In this document: positions 60,412-64,000 of the stretch, piece after piece
How positions within the stretch are numbered: the first letter of the stretch is position 1
Layout: the number at the start of each line of letters is the position of its first letter
DNA from: Alphaproteobacteria bacterium
GTDB taxonomy: Bacteria > Pseudomonadota > Alphaproteobacteria > GM7ARS4 > G965262615
Direction: 5' to 3'
DNA: 64,000 nt
NCBI GenBank assembly: GCA_965262615.1
Contig: OZ253545.1
Span: 96,001-160,000, forward strand
Translations under genes and position numbers: made by a program
The notes under the pieces: generated by a model
Seen by the model: the letters and a program-made list of their open reading frames with translations, nothing else
Database searches by the model: none
Told to the model about the DNA's origin: nothing

Positions 60412-62253
60412 ATGAGCCCAACAGATGCACCGTCCGTTCTCACGATGCCTCGCAGGGGCAGAGAGATTATTCAGCAAGCCATGCGGCGCGCCCCTCACGC
60501 GCCCGGTATCTATCGCATGTGGAGCGATGATGACCGACTGCTCTATGTGGGCAAGGCATCATCTCTTAAAAAACGATTGGCACAGTATTGTCAGCGTAGC
60601 AAAAGTCACCACAACCGCACACTGCGTTTGATTAGTGAGACGGCGCGCTGTGATATTCTGCTCACGCACAATGAAGCCGAGGCATTGTTGCTGGAGAGCA
60701 ATGTCATCAAGGCTCATCAGCCGCGTTTTAATGTGTTGTTGCGAGATGACAAGAGCTATCCCTTTATTCATTTGGATCAATCATCAAATTTCGCGCGTCT
60801 GCGTTTGCATCGCGGCGCGCGCAAGGGACGGGGGCGATTTTTTGGTCCCTTTGCCACATCGCACGGCGTGCGACAGACACTGGAATTGTTGGAGCGAGCA
60901 TTTTTATTGCGTTCGTGTCCCGACAGTGTGTTTAACAATCGCAGCCGTCCGTGTCTGCTGTATCAGATTAAACGCTGCACCGCGCCGTGTGTGGGCAAAA
61001 TCAATGACCTTGATTATCAGCATCTGGTGCAGGAAGCCAGTTCGTTTTTGAGCGGTGACAGCAAAGACATGCGAAAAAAATTGACCACCGCCATGAATGA
61101 TGCCAGCAAGCACCAACACTATGAAACCGCCGCCTTGTTGCGGGATCGCATCAAGGCTTTGAGTCGCTTGGAGTCGCATCAGGCGGTGCATGTTCCTCAA
61201 TTGAAGGATGCCGATGTGTTTGCTCTCCATCGTGATGAGCAACGCAGCTGCATTGAGGTGTTTTTCTTTCGCGGCGGACGCCACAATGGCAATCAATCGC
61301 TGTTTCCCCGTCATGACCGCCATGTCAGTGACGAGGCTCTGCTCGCCGCCGCCATCACGCAGTTTTATGATGATACACCCGCGCCCCCTCTGTTGCTGGT
61401 GAGTCATGACATCAGTGACCAGCAATTGATTGAACAGGCTCATGGCACGCATGTGCGCAGACCTCGGCGCGGGGCATTGCGCTCGGTGATGGATCATGCT
61501 CTGACCAATGCGCGCGCGCATATGATTCGCCATGCCCATCGCTTGCATGACCATGATTATCACCATCGGTTGGCGCGTCTTTTGTCATTGCCTCAAGTGC
61601 CAGACCGCATTGAAATTTATGATAATTCTCACTGGCGTGGCAGCAATGCGGTGGGGGTGATGGTGGTTGCCGATGGGATTGGTTTTGTCACCAGCGACTA
61701 CCGCCGCTTTACCATGCGCCATGCCAAAGGAGACGATGACATTGGCATGATGCGGGAAATGCTCTCCCGACGCTGCCGCCGTCTGATGCTTGTCCAAGAA
61801 AAAATGCCCGCCATCATGATGGTGGACGGCGGCAAGGCACAGCTGCATGTGGCGGATCAATGCCTGGCAGACCACGGACTCAGTGAGACCATCACCCTGC
61901 TGGCGATTGCCAAAGGCAAGGAGAAGAGAGACGGAGACGAAACCCTCCATAGCCTCAGTCATCCACCCATCCCCATGAATGAACACAATGAACTGTTTGC
62001 TTATCTGCGGCGTTTGCGTGACGAAGCCCATCGCTATGCCATTGGCAGTCATCGCCGCCGCCAAAGCAAGGAGGTGCATAAGTCGCAACTGGATGCCATT
62101 CCTCATATTGGACACAAACGCAAAAAAGCCCTCTTGCATCATTTTGGTGATGTGGCTCATATTGCTCGGGCGGGCGTGGAAGATTTGCGCCAAGTGGAGG
62201 GTATTTCTCATGTCCATGCCCGCACCATTTTTGAATGGTTTCATCAATCATAG
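60412..62253 (+). CDS. uvrC: Excinuclease ABC subunit C
   Basis: GIY-YIG (PGIYRM...YVGKA), LRDDKSYP, RIEIYDNSH, VDGGKAQ, RDEAHRYA, C-terminal HhH. Confidence 0.96.
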   Translation: MSPTDAPSVLTMPRRGREIIQQAMRRAPHAPGIYRMWSDDDRLLYVGKASSLKKRLAQYCQRSKSHHNRTLRLISETARCDILLTHNEAEALLLESNVIKAHQPRFNVLLRDDKSYPFIHLDQSSNFARLRLHRGARKGRGRFFGPFATSHGVRQTLELLERAFLLRSCPDSVFNNRSRPCLLYQIKRCTAPCVGKINDLDYQHLVQEASSFLSGDSKDMRKKLTTAMNDASKHQHYETAALLRDRIKALSRLESHQAVHVPQLKDADVFALHRDEQRSCIEVFFFRGGRHNGNQSLFPRHDRHVSDEALLAAAITQFYDDTPAPPLLLVSHDISDQQLIEQAHGTHVRRPRRGALRSVMDHALTNARAHMIRHAHRLHDHDYHHRLARLLSLPQVPDRIEIYDNSHWRGSNAVGVMVVADGIGFVTSDYRRFTMRHAKGDDDIGMMREMLSRRCRRLMLVQEKMPAIMMVDGGKAQLHVADQCLADHGLSETITLLAIAKGKEKRDGDETLHSLSHPPIPMNEHNELFAYLRRLRDEAHRYAIGSHRRRQSKEVHKSQLDAIPHIGHKRKKALLHHFGDVAHIARAGVEDLRQVEGISHVHARTIFEWFHQS

Positions 62254-62265
62254 AGGCGAAAAATC

Positions 62266-62787
62266 ATGACATCGCTCACTATCCCCACCATCATCACCAT
62301 CACGCGCATTTTGCTGACATTTCCCGTCACATATTTGATTTTTGTGGGGGAAATGGAGATGGCGTTCATTGTGTATGTGATCGCGGCGGCGAGTGATTTT
62401 CTTGATGGCTTTGTGGCGCGCCGTCTCAATCAAAAAAGCAATTTGGGGGCGATGTTGGACCATGTGGCGGATAAAATTCTCGTCATCAGTGTTTTATTCA
62501 TGCTGGCAGCCACCAATTATTTAAGTGCCTCTGCCTTGATTGCGTCACTGCTGATTATTGTGCGTGAATTGTTGATTTTAGGCTTGCGCGAATATGTCTC
62601 CATGCACTCGCAAAAACCCGTTGTGGTGCTGAGCAGTGCCAAATGGAAGACGGCTCTCACCATGATGGCTCTGGCATTTTTAATGCTTCAGGTGGAGCGC
62701 ATCGGCGAATTATTTTTGTGGCTCTCGGTCATGATGAGTCTGGTGAGCAGTTGGAACTACATTCGCCAGAGGATTCCCCTCTCATGA
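62266..62787 (+). CDS. pgsA: CDP-diacylglycerol--glycerol-3-phosphate phosphatidyltransferase
   Basis: SDFLDGFVARR...GAMLDHVADK motif; follows uvrC. Confidence 0.9.
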   Translation: MTSLTIPTIITITRILLTFPVTYLIFVGEMEMAFIVYVIAAASDFLDGFVARRLNQKSNLGAMLDHVADKILVISVLFMLAATNYLSASALIASLLIIVRELLILGLREYVSMHSQKPVVVLSSAKWKTALTMMALAFLMLQVERIGELFLWLSVMMSLVSSWNYIRQRIPLS

Positions 62788-63290
62788 GTGTGACCTCTCC
62801 CTTGTTTGGCATCACGGGCTGGAGCGGTAGCGGCAAGACCACTTTGCTGACGACATTGCTTCCCCATTTGTTGCGTCATTGTGCCACCATTCATACCATC
62901 AAGCACGCTCGCCATGATGCCACCATTGACCATGACGGCAGCGATAGCCAACGCCATCAAGCATCAGGAGCTCATGAGGTGATGCTGGCAACACCACATG
63001 GATGGGGATTGATGCACCGCAGTCAAACTGAGTGGTCATTGCCTCAATTGCTGGAGCGCATGAGTCCTGCGGAACTCATTCTCATTGAGGGATTCAAACA
63101 CGAGCCTCATCCCAAGCTGGAGGTGCATCGCCTTGCCAATGGCAAGGATTTTGTCTATCCCACAATTGGCAATGTGCTGGCACTTGCCAGTGATGGCGCG
63201 CCTCCCGATGATTTTTCTGGCTCATTTTTTGCCTTGCATGATTATGAAGCCATGAGTTCATTCATCATGACCCACAAACGCAAATTATGA
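62784..63290 (+). CDS. mobB: Molybdopterin-guanine dinucleotide biosynthesis protein B
   Basis: GWSGSGKTT, IKHARH, DS.RH..SGA, IEGFK. Confidence 0.92.
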   Translation: MSVTSPLFGITGWSGSGKTTLLTTLLPHLLRHCATIHTIKHARHDATIDHDGSDSQRHQASGAHEVMLATPHGWGLMHRSQTEWSLPQLLERMSPAELILIEGFKHEPHPKLEVHRLANGKDFVYPTIGNVLALASDGAPPDDFSGSFFALHDYEAMSSFIMTHKRKL

Positions 63291-64000
63291 CACAAAGTTC
63301 CGCTTCTCCTCCTTTGACCAATTTATTGCCGCTTGAAGAAGCGCGCGCGGCAATGGACGAACACCTTGTACCCATCAGTCAATTGGAGTTCTTGCCGTTG
63401 CTGCCCGGCATGGGGCGGGTGTGTGCTGACGATGTTCGCACCCCCATTTCTCTTCCGCCCTTTGCCAATGCGGCGGTGGATGGGGTGGCGGTGGCACACG
63501 CAACGCTGCAGAGCCATCAGTCACCCGTGCCTCTGTATAAGGATGGTCATGTTCATTGTGCGGGGGATGCCTCGTTCACACTGCCCGCAGGACAAGGCGT
63601 GCGTGTCATGACGGGAGCAGCCCTGCCGCACCAAGCGGACACGGTGCTGCCGCAAGAACTGTGTGATATCCGTGGCACTCATGTGACGCTGCCTCTCGCG
63701 AACAAAGGTGTCAATTGCCGTGATGCAGGTGAGGATGTGGCGGCGCACTCGGTCATCATCAAAAAAGGGACGCGCCTGCGCCCGCAAGACATCGCCCTTG
63801 CCGCCGCCGCAGGACACGACACGCTGCCCGTCTATCACAAACAACCTGTGGCGATTTTCTCCAGTGGCAACGAATTGCGCGAGCCTGCCGCCACGCCCCT
63901 CACAGATTCACACATTCATGATGCCAATCGCTACGGCTTGGCATCCTTGTTGAACGCATGGGGAGCGCAGCTGCACGACATGGGAATTCTGCCCGATGAC
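63287..64000 (+). CDS. moeA: Molybdopterin molybdenumtransferase MoeA (partial)
   Basis: Manual translation: PPFANAAVDGVAV, VMTGAALP, FSSGNEL, DANRYGL, DMGILPDD; runs off the window. Confidence 0.92.
   Translation, partial: MTQSSASPPLTNLLPLEEARAAMDEHLVPISQLEFLPLLPGMGRVCADDVRTPISLPPFANAAVDGVAVAHATLQSHQSPVPLYKDGHVHCAGDASFTLPAGQGVRVMTGAALPHQADTVLPQELCDIRGTHVTLPLANKGVNCRDAGEDVAAHSVIIKKGTRLRPQDIALAAAAGHDTLPVYHKQPVAIFSSGNELREPAATPLTDSHIHDANRYGLASLLNAWGAQLHDMGILPDD

Overview
A 64-kb stretch of an alphaproteobacterial chromosome, as shown by the circularly permuted two-piece tmRNA, the alpha-type SspB and PqqA, and the fab-mltG-gmk and rsmA-pdxA-surA-lptDGF-pepA-holC gene orders. It is mostly housekeeping: cstA, fabG-acpP-fabF-mltG-gmk, rsmA-pdxA-surA-lptD/G/F, pepA-holC-ndk-hisE-HIT, accA, secA, guaA, thyX, ssrA, sspB, fumC, a MoxR operon, carA, yqeY-dnaG-rpoD-tRNA, mlaC/A, metF-metH, anmK-hdaA-perM, tRNA-Val, uvrC-pgsA-mobB-moeA. 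Small AT-rich accessory inserts of one to four genes sit between these, with no integrase or transposase in the window: a frameshifted HrgA-like gene, a tandem-repeat membrane protein and a Panacea antitoxin with a membrane partner after secA; an FkbM methyltransferase after guaA; an AIPR protein after tmRNA; a 74-aa protein plus an 832-aa GHKL ATPase after the tRNA; and a GmrSD-like DUF262/DUF1524 protein. The most striking pattern is that the 3' end of a gene, plus the downstream intergenic sequence, is duplicated at five loci (pdxA, secA, guaA, anmK, SnoaL-like gene). Some of these duplications bracket cargo genes, some are empty, and the anmK one is part of a unit that duplicates the PQQ precursor gene pqqA. 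Family assignments rest on motif recognition by eye; no database searches were run.
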